Assembly (NCBI GenBank): GCA_963667175.2
Contig: CAXXXF010000015.1
Coordinates: forward strand, 1 to 64,000
Length of the DNA stretch: 64,000 nt
Origin: Candidatus Latescibacterota bacterium
GTDB taxonomy: Bacteria; Latescibacterota; UBA2968; GCA-2709665
Reading direction: 5' to 3'
Positions 19,512 to 29,887 of the stretch are shown here, piece by piece (the stretch's first letter is position 1; each line of letters opens with the position of its first letter). Under the pieces are notes generated by a model. It did not search any database. It was not told where the DNA came from and saw nothing but the letters and a program-made list of their open reading frames with translations. Position numbers and translations under genes: made by a program.

Positions 19512-21878
19512 TCACAGGTGACGGGCCAGCCATTCCGTCATTTCCCAAAATACATGCATCACCGATTCCCGCGCGCTGTAGCCGTGGCTCTCGTGGGGCA
19601 GCATCACCAGGCGGGTCGTCGCGCCGTGCCCCTTAAGCGCGTTGTAGAGCCGCTCACTTTGCATCGGAAACGTCCCGGAATTGTTGTCGGCCTGCCCATG
19701 AATCAACAACAGGGGCGCCCTGATTTTGTCGGCATGCATAAATGCGGACGTCGCGTAATATACGTCCGGCGCCTGCCACAACGTACGTTCTTCCGACTGA
19801 AAACCGAACGGTGTCAGCGTACGATTGTATGCGCCGCTCCGGGCGATTCCCGCCTTGAAAAGATCGCTGTGTGCGAGGAGATTCGCCGCCATGAACCCGC
19901 CGTAGGAATGCCCGCCGATCGCAATGCGGTTGCGGTCGGCAACGCCCCGGCGCACGACTTCCTCAACCGCCGCCTCCGCGCTGGATACCAGCTGGGTCAC
20001 GTAAGTGTCGTTGGCTTCCTCGCCGTCTTCTCCCACAATCGGCATGGTGGGCCCGTCCAGAACCGCGTACCCCTGCTTCAGCCAGGGCAGAGGCGACGTC
20101 CATGCCACGTGGTTGAATCTGTACGGAGAGCCTTTCACCTGCGCAGCCGCATCGGCGCTTCTGAACTCGCGCGGATAGGCCCAGATCAGCAGAGGCAGTG
20201 GACCCTGCCCTTCGGAATACCCCGGCGGCAGATAGAGGGTGCCATTCAGGCCGATTCCGTCCGCCCGCCGGTAACGGATGATTTCCTTTCCGATCTCCGC
20301 CAGCTGCGGCGCCGGGTGGGGAAACGCTGTCAGCTGCCGCACGGCGCCGGTCTTCAGAGCCCTTAAGAACACGTTCGGCGGGCTCTGGGCCGTTTCACGC
20401 ACCGTCAATAACAGACCTCGGGCCTCATCGACCAGATTGACGGGTTGCTCATAGTACGGGGACTCGCATTGCCACAGCCGCTCTGTCGAGTTCGTTTGCA
20501 GGTCGAGCCGGTCCAGGAACGGGAAATCCCCCTCCGGCGATGCCCCGCCGCCCGCCAGGTAGAGGTGGCGGCCGCCGTTGCTCGTCAACAACACCCTCCG
20601 CCCCGCCGAGTTCACCGTCAACAGCGGCGCACCGGGATCTCCGTACCGGTCTTCCCACGACCGGTCGACAAGCAATTCACGGTCGCAGGAATCCGCGTCA
20701 GGAGCAAACTTCCAGGTCCGCGTACGGCGGATCTTCCACCAGCGCTCGGTCGCCAGCGCCGTCTCGCCGTCTCCCCAGGTCAACCCGGCGTACCTGAACT
20801 CGAGAGACTGCAGCATTGCCGGTGCGCTTTCGAAAGGCTCGGAAAGCGCGTATACGCGATCCCGCACGTTTGCCGCAACGGACGGGTCGCCGCCATCCTG
20901 CGCCTCCACCCAGCACACCGTCGCCTCGGCGTCATTGCGCCATCGGAACGAGCGCGGGCCCTCGCGGACTGCGTCGAACGCGATGGGCACGTTTTCCGCG
21001 AGGGGCGCATCGGCCAGTTCGCGAATCACCCGCCCGTCCAGGTTCCATACTTCAACACGAACCGGGAATCGATCGTGCGGTGCCAGGTACGAATACGGCC
21101 GGTGGAGGGTCTCCACCAGCAGATAGGCGCCACCCGGCGCCGGCTCGGCCCGGCGAATGATTCCCGGACGTCCGACGTCACGTTCGTTTCCGTCCGCGGT
21201 CAGCATCACAATCCGGGATGTCGCATAGTATTCGAATAGCGCCTCGTCGTGCGCCCCTTCCAACAGATCCTGCCAGGTCCTCGACGGCGCCAACTGCCCG
21301 GTATTTTCCCGGATCTGGGGACCTGAGGGAAACTTCGGCGCTTCGGGAACTTCGCCCCGTTCATCTGGAACAGCGCGGACGACCAGGGAACGGACGCACC
21401 CCGTTTTCGAAGGTATCCAGGCAAAGGGCACGCCGAAAATGCCGTTTAAGCGGATATTGGACACCTGCCTCGCCTCACTCGAGTCCATGCCAACCCACCA
21501 CAGCCGGATCCCCGTACTGTCTCGCATCGTAAACGCAATACGGCTTCCGTCCGGCGCCCATCGCGGGCGCCCTATGCGGACGTCTTTCGGCAGACCTTTC
21601 ACGCGGCGTTCCATGCCGTCCGATATCCGTAACAGCGCCATTCCCGTATAATACCCCGAACGGCTCGGACCGTTGGCCTCGGGGTCGATACGCAGTCCCG
21701 CCAGCCGCAATTCCGGACGTGCCAATTCGGATATGGGCGGCAGGCCCGGCTTCGTGAGCATCAGGATCCAACGCCCGGTGGGGTCGACGCTGAGGTCCGG
21801 TGCGCGCGGCGCGTCCAGCAGCGCCGCGATTTCTTCCGGCGGCATCCGGTATACAGGTACTGTGGTTGTCTGGCTCAT
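19512..21878 (-). CDS. S9 family serine peptidase (glutamyl endopeptidase-like)
   Basis: GGHSYG nucleophile motif, RSGAYNRTLTPFGFQ, HG..DNN, ESHGY. Confidence 0.93.
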   Translation of the reverse strand: MSQTTTVPVYRMPPEEIAALLDAPRAPDLSVDPTGRWILMLTKPGLPPISELARPELRLAGLRIDPEANGPSRSGYYTGMALLRISDGMERRVKGLPKDVRIGRPRWAPDGSRIAFTMRDSTGIRLWWVGMDSSEARQVSNIRLNGIFGVPFAWIPSKTGCVRSLVVRAVPDERGEVPEAPKFPSGPQIRENTGQLAPSRTWQDLLEGAHDEALFEYYATSRIVMLTADGNERDVGRPGIIRRAEPAPGGAYLLVETLHRPYSYLAPHDRFPVRVEVWNLDGRVIRELADAPLAENVPIAFDAVREGPRSFRWRNDAEATVCWVEAQDGGDPSVAANVRDRVYALSEPFESAPAMLQSLEFRYAGLTWGDGETALATERWWKIRRTRTWKFAPDADSCDRELLVDRSWEDRYGDPGAPLLTVNSAGRRVLLTSNGGRHLYLAGGGASPEGDFPFLDRLDLQTNSTERLWQCESPYYEQPVNLVDEARGLLLTVRETAQSPPNVFLRALKTGAVRQLTAFPHPAPQLAEIGKEIIRYRRADGIGLNGTLYLPPGYSEGQGPLPLLIWAYPREFRSADAAAQVKGSPYRFNHVAWTSPLPWLKQGYAVLDGPTMPIVGEDGEEANDTYVTQLVSSAEAAVEEVVRRGVADRNRIAIGGHSYGGFMAANLLAHSDLFKAGIARSGAYNRTLTPFGFQSEERTLWQAPDVYYATSAFMHADKIRAPLLLIHGQADNNSGTFPMQSERLYNALKGHGATTRLVMLPHESHGYSARESVMHVFWEMTEWLARHL

Positions 21879-21936
21879 CCCGCTCTCTGGTTAATCCGAC
21901 CCTTCGGCCGCGAATTCTCCCTCCCCGAATCGAACA

Positions 21937-23043
21937 CTACACCGCAACAGGCTCCAATCCGTCCGCGTTCCGTTGCCTGTTCACATCGTCAATCCGCCAG
22001 GGAACGACGGAACCGTCGGCGCGATAGCGATCGTAATAGCCGCTCTCGTAACGTGCGATAGGCATCAACGTCTTTCCCGATCGGACGTCCGCCAGCGTCT
22101 GCATATCCATGGATTCGCCGCTGGCAAGGTCCACCACTTCGATCTCTTCCACCCGGTTGCAGCCCAGGCCCCGCGCGGCGGCGAATTTCAGATAGGGCGT
22201 CTTTACGGGATCCAGTCCCATCAGATAGGTCCCCACGGCATCGACGTGGACCTCGTTCTCGCCGATCAACGTCCACCCAAGCGGATAGTTATCTCCCTCG
22301 TTGAACGCGGTGCCGTCTCGTCCGATCAATCCGTCGACCATGCAAAGCCGGGGAATATCCAGGGAACGCAGGGCTGCCACCAGGTCGCACAATTTGTGGT
22401 AGAACCGGTCTTCGAAGAGACTCAATCCGCTATCGGTCAGTCTCCAGATTTCGCTTTCGTACGGCCGGTCGACGTCCTGAATATGACACAGATGGCGCTC
22501 CGGCCGCGCCAGGATTCCCATCAGGTTCTTGATGGCCAGCGTCGTACATCCCAGATTGTGGCACTTTGCCAGCGGCACGTTGAAAAAGAACGCGCAGTCC
22601 GTCACGTCCCGATAGATCGGATAGGCTTCGAACACCTCGCCACCGGGCACAGGGACCGATCTGCTCGGCCGATCGTTCAATGCGGTCAACGCCAGGTTTC
22701 TGCCGTCCGCCATCTCTGTGTAACCCGCCCCACGCCAGGTATTCCCGCTTTCCGGCTGTTCGCCGGACTGTCCGTCCGCGACCACCAGCCGGCGGGCGTC
22801 GACGCCTTTCTCCACGAGCGCGTCGGCCATTCCCGCCAGGAAGCCGGGGTGGGTCACGATTCGTTTCTCCGCGGGAAACAGCACCGTCGCATTGGGCTTG
22901 AGAAGTACTTTTCCCTGTTCCGGGAGCGCGAGGTCCACGTGCCGCAATGCCTCATGGGCAAGGTCCCTATATGCCTCGAAAGGCGCGACGGCTCCGGCAA
23001 TCCCGACTCGATACAGGTAGACTCTGTCACTTTGGGTTCGCAT
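21937..23043 (-). CDS. DUF362 domain protein
   Basis: VLLKPN, THP, K.H...TLAIKNLMG, VDA motifs. Confidence 0.88.
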   Translation of the reverse strand: MRTQSDRVYLYRVGIAGAVAPFEAYRDLAHEALRHVDLALPEQGKVLLKPNATVLFPAEKRIVTHPGFLAGMADALVEKGVDARRLVVADGQSGEQPESGNTWRGAGYTEMADGRNLALTALNDRPSRSVPVPGGEVFEAYPIYRDVTDCAFFFNVPLAKCHNLGCTTLAIKNLMGILARPERHLCHIQDVDRPYESEIWRLTDSGLSLFEDRFYHKLCDLVAALRSLDIPRLCMVDGLIGRDGTAFNEGDNYPLGWTLIGENEVHVDAVGTYLMGLDPVKTPYLKFAAARGLGCNRVEEIEVVDLASGESMDMQTLADVRSGKTLMPIARYESGYYDRYRADGSVVPWRIDDVNRQRNADGLEPVAV

Positions 23044-23363
23044 CCTGGCCTCCTCTCTCGGGGCTGAATGAACTCGGCTGCCATATACTGGGCCTCCAAT
23101 CGCGGCCAAGGGATCGGTCGTAGGACTTGATTCTACTCCACTCGACGTCCCTTATTGCATATCGGCTGAGACCCAAATTGCAGGCCTGTTTTGGACACCT
23201 TGAACGCTCTTGATTTCAACAATAATTCAGCATATATTCGCACGATTACTCACGCGAATACTGACCCGCTGTCTCAGTTCATGGAAGCCAGAGTCGATAT
23301 AGAACCGTTGCCATTGTGCCAAATTTTTACTAACCTTTCAGTTGTAGTCTCAATGTCAGAAAA

Positions 23364-23600
23364 ATGCCAACTATCAGAGACATTACCGGTCCCTATCGAT
23401 TCTTCTTTTTCAGCTTCGACTGCAATGAACCGAAACATGTACACGTTCAGCGTGAAAAACGGATCTGCAAATTCTGGCTCGAACCGATCTGTCTTTGCAA
23501 GAATCTGGGTTTTTCTCCCCATGAACTCAACCGAATTCGTCGAGTAATTCACGCCGATTTAATTCTGATCTTGGAGAACTGGGATGAACATTGCGGGTAG
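23364..23600 (+). CDS. DUF4160 domain protein (putative TA toxin)
   Basis: GPYRFFFFSFDCNEPKHVHV, KFWL. Confidence 0.9.
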   Translation: MPTIRDITGPYRFFFFSFDCNEPKHVHVQREKRICKFWLEPICLCKNLGFSPHELNRIRRVIHADLILILENWDEHCG

Positions 23601-23850
23601 TCCGGAACCGAGAATTCAGCTTCTCCGGGTTACTGATGACTCCATCACGGCTGACTTTGATGACGGTCGTACAGTCAGTGTTCCTCTTGTCTGGTCGTGG
23701 CGGCTGTCGGAGGCCACACCGGAGGAACGCGCCAACTACGAAATAATCGGCGATGGGATCGGGGTTCGCTGGCCCGACGTCGATGAAGATTTAAGCGCTC
23801 AGGGCATGTTGGCAGGTATTCCGGCTCGACCGCCCAAACACAGGGTCTGA
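23584..23850 (+). CDS. DUF2442 domain protein (putative antitoxin)
   Basis: DGRTVSVPL.W..RL..AT, GVRWPDVDEDLS; overlaps the DUF4160 gene. Confidence 0.9.
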   Translation: MNIAGSPEPRIQLLRVTDDSITADFDDGRTVSVPLVWSWRLSEATPEERANYEIIGDGIGVRWPDVDEDLSAQGMLAGIPARPPKHRV

Positions 23851-23957
23851 ATCAGTCATTTCGTTTCTTTTGATGTCGCTCCTTCGAGGATCTAATACGG
23901 GCATGAACGACGCGCCGTTGCCGTTGTCCTGCTGTATTCAGCCAATGTTCATTCTTC

Positions 23958-24725
23958 TCATCGCATAGCGCGAAGGGCGATCTCCCGGCTGCGCCGGAGC
24001 GCATCGGCGGGATCCGGCAATTCGGGATTCAGCTCCAGGCTCAATGCGCCGCGATAGCCTATTTCCCTGAGCGCGGCAACGGTATCGCCCAGCGCCGCCT
24101 CGGTCAGCACACCGTCCGTCAACGCCAGGTGTAGATCGCGCGATCCGTCGTTGTCGTCCAGATGGACGTATCCCAGCAGGCTTCCCGCGTCGGAAATGAC
24201 CCCTGCTGGATCTTCCCCGGACATCTGGGCGTGACCGATATCGAGCAGGAGGAACAGGTTGGGATGTCCCACGCCCCGGAGGAACGCGATCGTTCCGGAA
24301 GCGTCGGGCAACGCGGTGCCCGGGAAGTGTTCCACGCACAACCGCACACCCAGTTCGTCGGCCCGTTCGGCCACTTCCTTCAATACCTCCGCATAACGGT
24401 CCAGAAGCATCGGGTCCCGTTCCGGAACAACGTATGCCGCGGTGGCGCCGTGCCCGGCGGCAAAGTCCAGCCCCCGATTGAGATAGCTTGCGGCTCTTGC
24501 TGCGGATTCCGGATCGGCACTGCCCAATAGGGCGTCTTCCGGCATGCCGAAGGATGCCGCAACGCAGGACACCGAAAGCCCGTGTTCCCCGATCCTCCGG
24601 CGCGCTGCCTTCGATGAAAACGCGAACGGCCGCACGTCGATCCACTCGAACCCCAGCGAGGCCGCGCGCGACAGAATCCCGCTTTCGGACCCCTCAATCG
24701 CCCATACACAGCAAGCAAGAATCAC
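23958..24725 (-). CDS. Sugar phosphate isomerase/epimerase (xylose isomerase-like TIM barrel)
   Basis: LDIGH, YVHLDDNDGSRDLH, LSLE. Confidence 0.88.
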   Translation of the reverse strand: MILACCVWAIEGSESGILSRAASLGFEWIDVRPFAFSSKAARRRIGEHGLSVSCVAASFGMPEDALLGSADPESAARAASYLNRGLDFAAGHGATAAYVVPERDPMLLDRYAEVLKEVAERADELGVRLCVEHFPGTALPDASGTIAFLRGVGHPNLFLLLDIGHAQMSGEDPAGVISDAGSLLGYVHLDDNDGSRDLHLALTDGVLTEAALGDTVAALREIGYRGALSLELNPELPDPADALRRSREIALRAMR

Positions 24726-25732
24726 GACGTCTCCCGTGTCCGAATTGCGTCCTCCACCATATCGTATACCGAGTAACGGGCTTCATACCCCAGAAGTCGT
24801 GTCGCTTTGTCGCTGGTGATATACCACGGCCTTCGCGCGGTTGGCACACAGGCCGTGACGTGCGGCAAATCCAATCGCGCGGCAAGGAACTTTACGAATT
24901 CCTCGGCGCTATGCGGTTCGCGCCCCCCAAGATTGAACACCTGTCCCGTCGCCGCCGTCGTGCCCAGTGCCCGGATACATCCCGATGCGACGTCGCGCGC
25001 ATCCGCCCACTGGCGGACCTCGGCATTGCCGCGGCAATCGGCTAAGACGACCAGTTGTTCCCGTCCCGAATGCAACGCTTCCAGCGCCGCCAGCGTCTCG
25101 GACCGCGCGCCGTTTGCCGCAACCGATGCCCTGGCGTGGTCAATCGCCGCGCTCAGAAACAACCAGCGTGCGAATACACTCTTCGGATCGATGAGTTCCG
25201 CGGCGTCCGCCGTTGCGCCGAAACGGAAGATCGTCACCGGAATCCCCAAGCCGCGGCTGAAGCTCAGGCAGAGTTCCTCCGCGCCGATCTTGCTGGCGCC
25301 GTAAATCGATCCGGACAGCCTGGGATGGTCTTCGTCCACGGGCAGGTACCGGGCGTCCGCGTCCGGCCTTTCGAAATAGACGGCATCGCTGCTGGCGTAT
25401 ACAAAGTGTGCCAGTGCGGGCGCCCGTTCACGAACGGCCTTCAGAAGATGGAACGTGCCCTGAACGTTCACCCGGATGAAGGCCTCGTCGGCGCAGCCTC
25501 GCGACGTCAGCGCGCCGGCCAGGTGGAACACGGCGTCCACGCCATCGACGGCCGGGCGAAGCGAGTCAAGCTCCTCGACGCGCCCGCATACGGCCTCGAC
25601 GCGGGGTGACAGACACGCCGCCCGGGGGTCGTCCGGCATCACCAGCGCCCGAACCTCGTGCCCCGCAGCCGTCAGGCCGCGCACGAGGCGCCGCCCGATT
25701 CGGCCGGTTGCCCCGGTCACAAGAACCCGCAC
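24722..25732 (-). CDS. NAD-dependent epimerase/dehydratase
   Basis: VTGATGRIG, HLAG, YGASK. Confidence 0.9.
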   Translation of the reverse strand: MRVLVTGATGRIGRRLVRGLTAAGHEVRALVMPDDPRAACLSPRVEAVCGRVEELDSLRPAVDGVDAVFHLAGALTSRGCADEAFIRVNVQGTFHLLKAVRERAPALAHFVYASSDAVYFERPDADARYLPVDEDHPRLSGSIYGASKIGAEELCLSFSRGLGIPVTIFRFGATADAAELIDPKSVFARWLFLSAAIDHARASVAANGARSETLAALEALHSGREQLVVLADCRGNAEVRQWADARDVASGCIRALGTTAATGQVFNLGGREPHSAEEFVKFLAARLDLPHVTACVPTARRPWYITSDKATRLLGYEARYSVYDMVEDAIRTRETS

Positions 25733-25734
25733 GA

Positions 25735-26739
25735 TTAAGTCCTCGCCGCCAGACCGCCGATCAACGTGTCCACGTGCATCACAAACTCCAGCGTCAGTTC
25801 GATTCGCGACCCCAACGTCAGGTATCCCTCCCAGTGCCAGCACCCATCGCTCCGCTGGGTCTGCGTGTACCAATCGGCCATGCGAATTGACCAGTCCAGG
25901 TACGCCCGTTCGCCGGTAAGCTGATAAAGAAGCGCGCCGCCCCAGCTGCTCTTGCAGGCCTGCGCGTACTTGAACTGCGCATCCGTCGCCGCCATCGAAA
26001 AAGCCTGGAACTTTCGGGCGAGCGCCAGGTATTCAGCGCGTGGATCCGCCAGGAAGAGGCGGCACAGAAACCCGGCTGCGATGCCCCCGACGGTCCAGCG
26101 TTGCGGCCGGTCCAGGCGGTTTTCCACCACGTGCCAGAAAGCCTCGTTCTCCGGGAATTCCTTGATCGCGGCGCCAGCCTCGCACGACCAGGAGTAGCAG
26201 AACCGGTCGGGCATCTCCGTCTGCGCCGAGTATATCCGGCGCAAGAAACGATAGACCGAGCGCGCGACGTCCAGGCGGCCGGTCGCCAGGCACGCCAGCC
26301 CGGGGCCGCACGCGTATGGAACGTCCATGCGGTCGCTCATGCCGCCGTCGGCCGTCCGGTCGTTGTGAAAACCGCCGGATTTCCGATCCTGCCACGACAG
26401 GAGATCCCGCATCAGATCGTGGCTCAGATCGTACTGCCGCGCGAGATGCGCGCCGGCGATCAGGGTGGCATTCCGGTACGCGTACGCGTCGTCGAACACG
26501 CGATACGGTCCTTCGATCCTGCCCTCCCCGGTCAACATCTCCCGCCGGATCCAGTTGCAGATTCCCGCTGCCGCTGCGGTTTCGCCGGCGACTGTAAACG
26601 TCCATGGCGCCCGGTAGAAATGGAATCCTTCTGCCGGATCGCCGAGGGAGCCATCCGCATTCAGTTGATCCAGCAGCCATGCCGCTCCCTTTCGACGTAC
26701 CTCCCGTAGTGCCGCGATCGTTTTCTGTTTTTCATCCAT
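25735..26739 (-). CDS. Hypothetical (alpha/alpha)-toroid protein
   Basis: QLNADGSL, WQD..SGGF and Q.SDGCW QW-like repeats; operon-coupled. Confidence 0.75.
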   Translation of the reverse strand: MDEKQKTIAALREVRRKGAAWLLDQLNADGSLGDPAEGFHFYRAPWTFTVAGETAAAAGICNWIRREMLTGEGRIEGPYRVFDDAYAYRNATLIAGAHLARQYDLSHDLMRDLLSWQDRKSGGFHNDRTADGGMSDRMDVPYACGPGLACLATGRLDVARSVYRFLRRIYSAQTEMPDRFCYSWSCEAGAAIKEFPENEAFWHVVENRLDRPQRWTVGGIAAGFLCRLFLADPRAEYLALARKFQAFSMAATDAQFKYAQACKSSWGGALLYQLTGERAYLDWSIRMADWYTQTQRSDGCWHWEGYLTLGSRIELTLEFVMHVDTLIGGLAART

Positions 26740-29700
26740 CCGGGAAAAGTACCAGGTTCGGGATCTCCAGCCAGTCTCCCGCGCCCACCATCGCGATCGA
26801 ATACCGGGGTCCGGGATCGCCGTCGGCCACGGGGAAGTGTTCCAATGTCATCGGACCTCTGCCCTCGCGGTCAATCCGCCAGCCGCCGTCCACTCTTGCG
26901 GCCAACCTGCCCTGCGGTTCCCCCGCGCTGTTCAGCAGGGTCATCCCCGCGTTCGCATGCGGATTGGACGCGCTGGAGAAAAGGCGGTCCGCCTGCACGC
27001 CGGACACGGGTCCGCCCGCGACCCGTACGTCTTCGTCGCCTATGGAAATCCGCCGTCGATCCATCGCTCTCGACAGCGTCACGCAGCCGGAATACCCGTC
27101 CGAGACGACCGGTACGGCCTGCCCCGCAACGAGGTCGTCGCCGATCACGGGTTCATCGAGTTCGATTGTGCCCCGCGTGTAATCGACGGAGGCGATTCTG
27201 CTCCGGCGCATCCCCGTTCCGTCCAGTCTGAATCCGTCCATCGACAGCGTCCTGCCGTTGAACAACATCGCCCGGACGGGGCGTCCCTGATCATCGAGCG
27301 CGAGGAATGCCGCCTGCCCCGATACGCAGATCCCGTTCTCCGTCGAGTATTCCCGGTCTGCGTCCAGGGCGTGAAACAGATAATGTATGCTTCCGTCTTC
27401 CAGGTCCACGCGGACCGCGGCCGCCCCGATACCCTCCGGGGTCAGCTGCACCCGTGTCGCGCGCCGGATCCACGTCCGGTCCCGATAGGGTTCGAACACC
27501 GTGGCGAACAGGCTGGAGAGATCGGCGCCGGTTCGCCTGCGCACAAGAAACTTGACGCTTTCGGGCAGGTATTTGTATTTCTGTACCGGTCCGTCGCATG
27601 CGAACAACGCCTCGTTTCTTCCCATGAGATGGGCTCGAAGTCCAATCCCCCGCCATGGGCGTTCCGGCTGGCCTTCGAGGGGTTCCGTCAGGCGCCACTC
27701 GGCGGTTGCCTCCCCGTTCAACTGTCCTTCCTGCACGTTGTACAGAAACTGGTAGCCGCTGCCGAGGTAACCCCTGTACGGCACGCTGGACAACCGCTTG
27801 TCCTTCAACTCGGGATCGTCGTAAAACTGCTCGTAGGGCACGTCCTCACCGGCCAGCGTGCCCCGTTCCCTGACGGGCCCAAGCGCAGGCAGGCATTCGA
27901 AATCGGCCTGGTTGCCGTGAAGCGCGTAGTCGTGCTGCCGGCCCCCGTTTGCATAGAATACGTCGAACAGGTAGTGCTGTCCGGGCGCAGCGTCAACCAG
28001 CATATTCGCCCGCCGGTAGAGATCGACTTGATCAGGGTAGGCGCCCTCGCAGGACGCATCCACGACCTGCGCGAAACCCTCCGCCATCAGCCCGTGCAGG
28101 CGCCCGGAACCTCGTCCCTGCCTCATTTCATCGACCACGACCGTATTGTGCGCCACGGTATTGGTGAAAAAACCGGCGAGCCGGTGATTGAAGGCGTCGG
28201 TCTGTTCCGGGTACCCGATATCGGTCAGCAGCGCGTTGTCGTGCGAGAACAGCAGGATGTTCAGCTGGTCGAAATGCCGGTGCGCCTGGTGGTCTCCGTA
28301 AAAGAACGAGACCGCCGACCGGTTCTGTTCATCGCCGCATTGCAGATTGGCCATGCCGTACGCCGGAAAATGGAACGACCGCAGACCGATCTCCGGTGCT
28401 TCGCCTTCCGGAAACTCCGATTGCCGCGCTTCAACCGGTTTGCTGAACAGGTCCTGCCGGACCCCCGGTTGCGTCTTAAGGACCCACGCCAGGCGGGCGT
28501 CGTTCACGTACGGAAGCGCGAGCTGACAGACGGCCGGCTCCCAGGCGCCGCCGTGTGCGAACATGTCCCCGGAATCTCCGGTGGACGGGGTGAACTTCCC
28601 CGCGATGCAAACGTCGAACGCCCAGGTTACCAGTTTCCTGTACCGCGGATGCTCGAACAGGTTCACACCCGAATCCACCATCAGGGCAGCCAGTTCCGTC
28701 AAGTCGTGCACCCAGATTCGATTGTATGAGAGCGACTCATGCGGCATTCCGTCGCGGTACACCAGGTTCTCAAGCGCGTCCCGCAATCCCATATCCGTAT
28801 CCGTGTAGGGACTCGGGTTCGCCAGAACGTACTCCACCATTTCCTCGCTGCGCGGACAACCGCTGGAGGTCGCAAGTACCTGGGCAAGCGTCAACAGCGC
28901 CTTCTGATGCATTCCGTAGTTGCCCCTGATACGCCCGCCGGGCGCGTCCATAATGCACCTGGCCGCTTCCAGGAGCAGACCCTCGCGCATTGTCGCGTCA
29001 ATCTCGGCGCCTGTTCTGTCTTCCAAACGGTGGAGCTCGACGTCGGCGTCCAGATAGGGGCGCACCGCGTCGTACGCGATCGCGCAGGTATGCGGAGGTC
29101 GTGTTGCCCAGATCCTATTGAACAACTTTCCCGTGTACTCGGGATTGTGCTCCTTCGACTCCCTGGACTGGATTTCGTACTTGTAGTCCGGATAGTATTC
29201 CGCAAGCTGCCACAGCAGCAGCGCACATTTGTGCGCGTACCGTTTCGCGCCGTCACCGTCTTCCGAAAGTACGGTCGCCTGTCCCAGGACTTCGATTGCT
29301 TCCATCAGGAACCGCATCATGCTCCAGTGCGCGTAATAGGCGACGAACCAGTAGTTCGCCGGTATCGGGTCTCCGGGACGATGCCACCCCCATCCGTCGT
29401 CGGCGTACGGTCCGGTCAGCAGCGACCGGTCTTTCATATCCGTGGCCAGAAACGCCTCGAAGTCGTTCGACGGATAGGTTTCTCCCCCCACGGGGCACGT
29501 CACCTTATACGGGCGGTCGAAATCGATAATCCACCTGTACAGCCCCTGCTCATGGACTCTGACCCCGTGTGCCGGGCACCCGTCGTTGTGCACCTGGTAT
29601 CCCCGCGGCACCTGAGGGGGTGACACGAGGGTGCGCAGCTTCGCGTCCCCGTAGCCGGCCCAATGCTCCGCTTTGCGCATTAACTCCAGCCTCTGCTCCC

Positions 29701-29872
29701 GAGCCCAGTCATAATGCTCCAGATTGTTCCGGATCACGTCCATCCGGGCGTCCGTATAGTAGGCGCGCGTTTCGGACGCAAATACGGGTCGTGAAGCGAT
29801 GGCAAGCACGAACAAAAATACGACGGCCAGCGGAACATCCGTCGAAACGACGGCGGCCAGGAATTCAAACAT
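26732..29872 (-). CDS. Heparinase II/III family protein (polysaccharide lyase-like)
   Basis: DGM.HESLSY, H.H.DQLN, DIGYP, T.AHNTVVVD motifs. Confidence 0.85.
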   Translation of the reverse strand: MFEFLAAVVSTDVPLAVVFLFVLAIASRPVFASETRAYYTDARMDVIRNNLEHYDWAREQRLELMRKAEHWAGYGDAKLRTLVSPPQVPRGYQVHNDGCPAHGVRVHEQGLYRWIIDFDRPYKVTCPVGGETYPSNDFEAFLATDMKDRSLLTGPYADDGWGWHRPGDPIPANYWFVAYYAHWSMMRFLMEAIEVLGQATVLSEDGDGAKRYAHKCALLLWQLAEYYPDYKYEIQSRESKEHNPEYTGKLFNRIWATRPPHTCAIAYDAVRPYLDADVELHRLEDRTGAEIDATMREGLLLEAARCIMDAPGGRIRGNYGMHQKALLTLAQVLATSSGCPRSEEMVEYVLANPSPYTDTDMGLRDALENLVYRDGMPHESLSYNRIWVHDLTELAALMVDSGVNLFEHPRYRKLVTWAFDVCIAGKFTPSTGDSGDMFAHGGAWEPAVCQLALPYVNDARLAWVLKTQPGVRQDLFSKPVEARQSEFPEGEAPEIGLRSFHFPAYGMANLQCGDEQNRSAVSFFYGDHQAHRHFDQLNILLFSHDNALLTDIGYPEQTDAFNHRLAGFFTNTVAHNTVVVDEMRQGRGSGRLHGLMAEGFAQVVDASCEGAYPDQVDLYRRANMLVDAAPGQHYLFDVFYANGGRQHDYALHGNQADFECLPALGPVRERGTLAGEDVPYEQFYDDPELKDKRLSSVPYRGYLGSGYQFLYNVQEGQLNGEATAEWRLTEPLEGQPERPWRGIGLRAHLMGRNEALFACDGPVQKYKYLPESVKFLVRRRTGADLSSLFATVFEPYRDRTWIRRATRVQLTPEGIGAAAVRVDLEDGSIHYLFHALDADREYSTENGICVSGQAAFLALDDQGRPVRAMLFNGRTLSMDGFRLDGTGMRRSRIASVDYTRGTIELDEPVIGDDLVAGQAVPVVSDGYSGCVTLSRAMDRRRISIGDEDVRVAGGPVSGVQADRLFSSASNPHANAGMTLLNSAGEPQGRLAARVDGGWRIDREGRGPMTLEHFPVADGDPGPRYSIAMVGAGDWLEIPNLVLFPDG

Positions 29873-29887
29873 CGGCAATCCGCCTTT

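Noticed and set aside
26837-28729. 630-aa plus-strand ORF, and similar long antisense ORFs (e.g. 13700-14818, 21973-23067, 40281-41477)
   Set aside because: Shadow frames opposite well-supported genes in GC-rich DNA; no recognisable motifs
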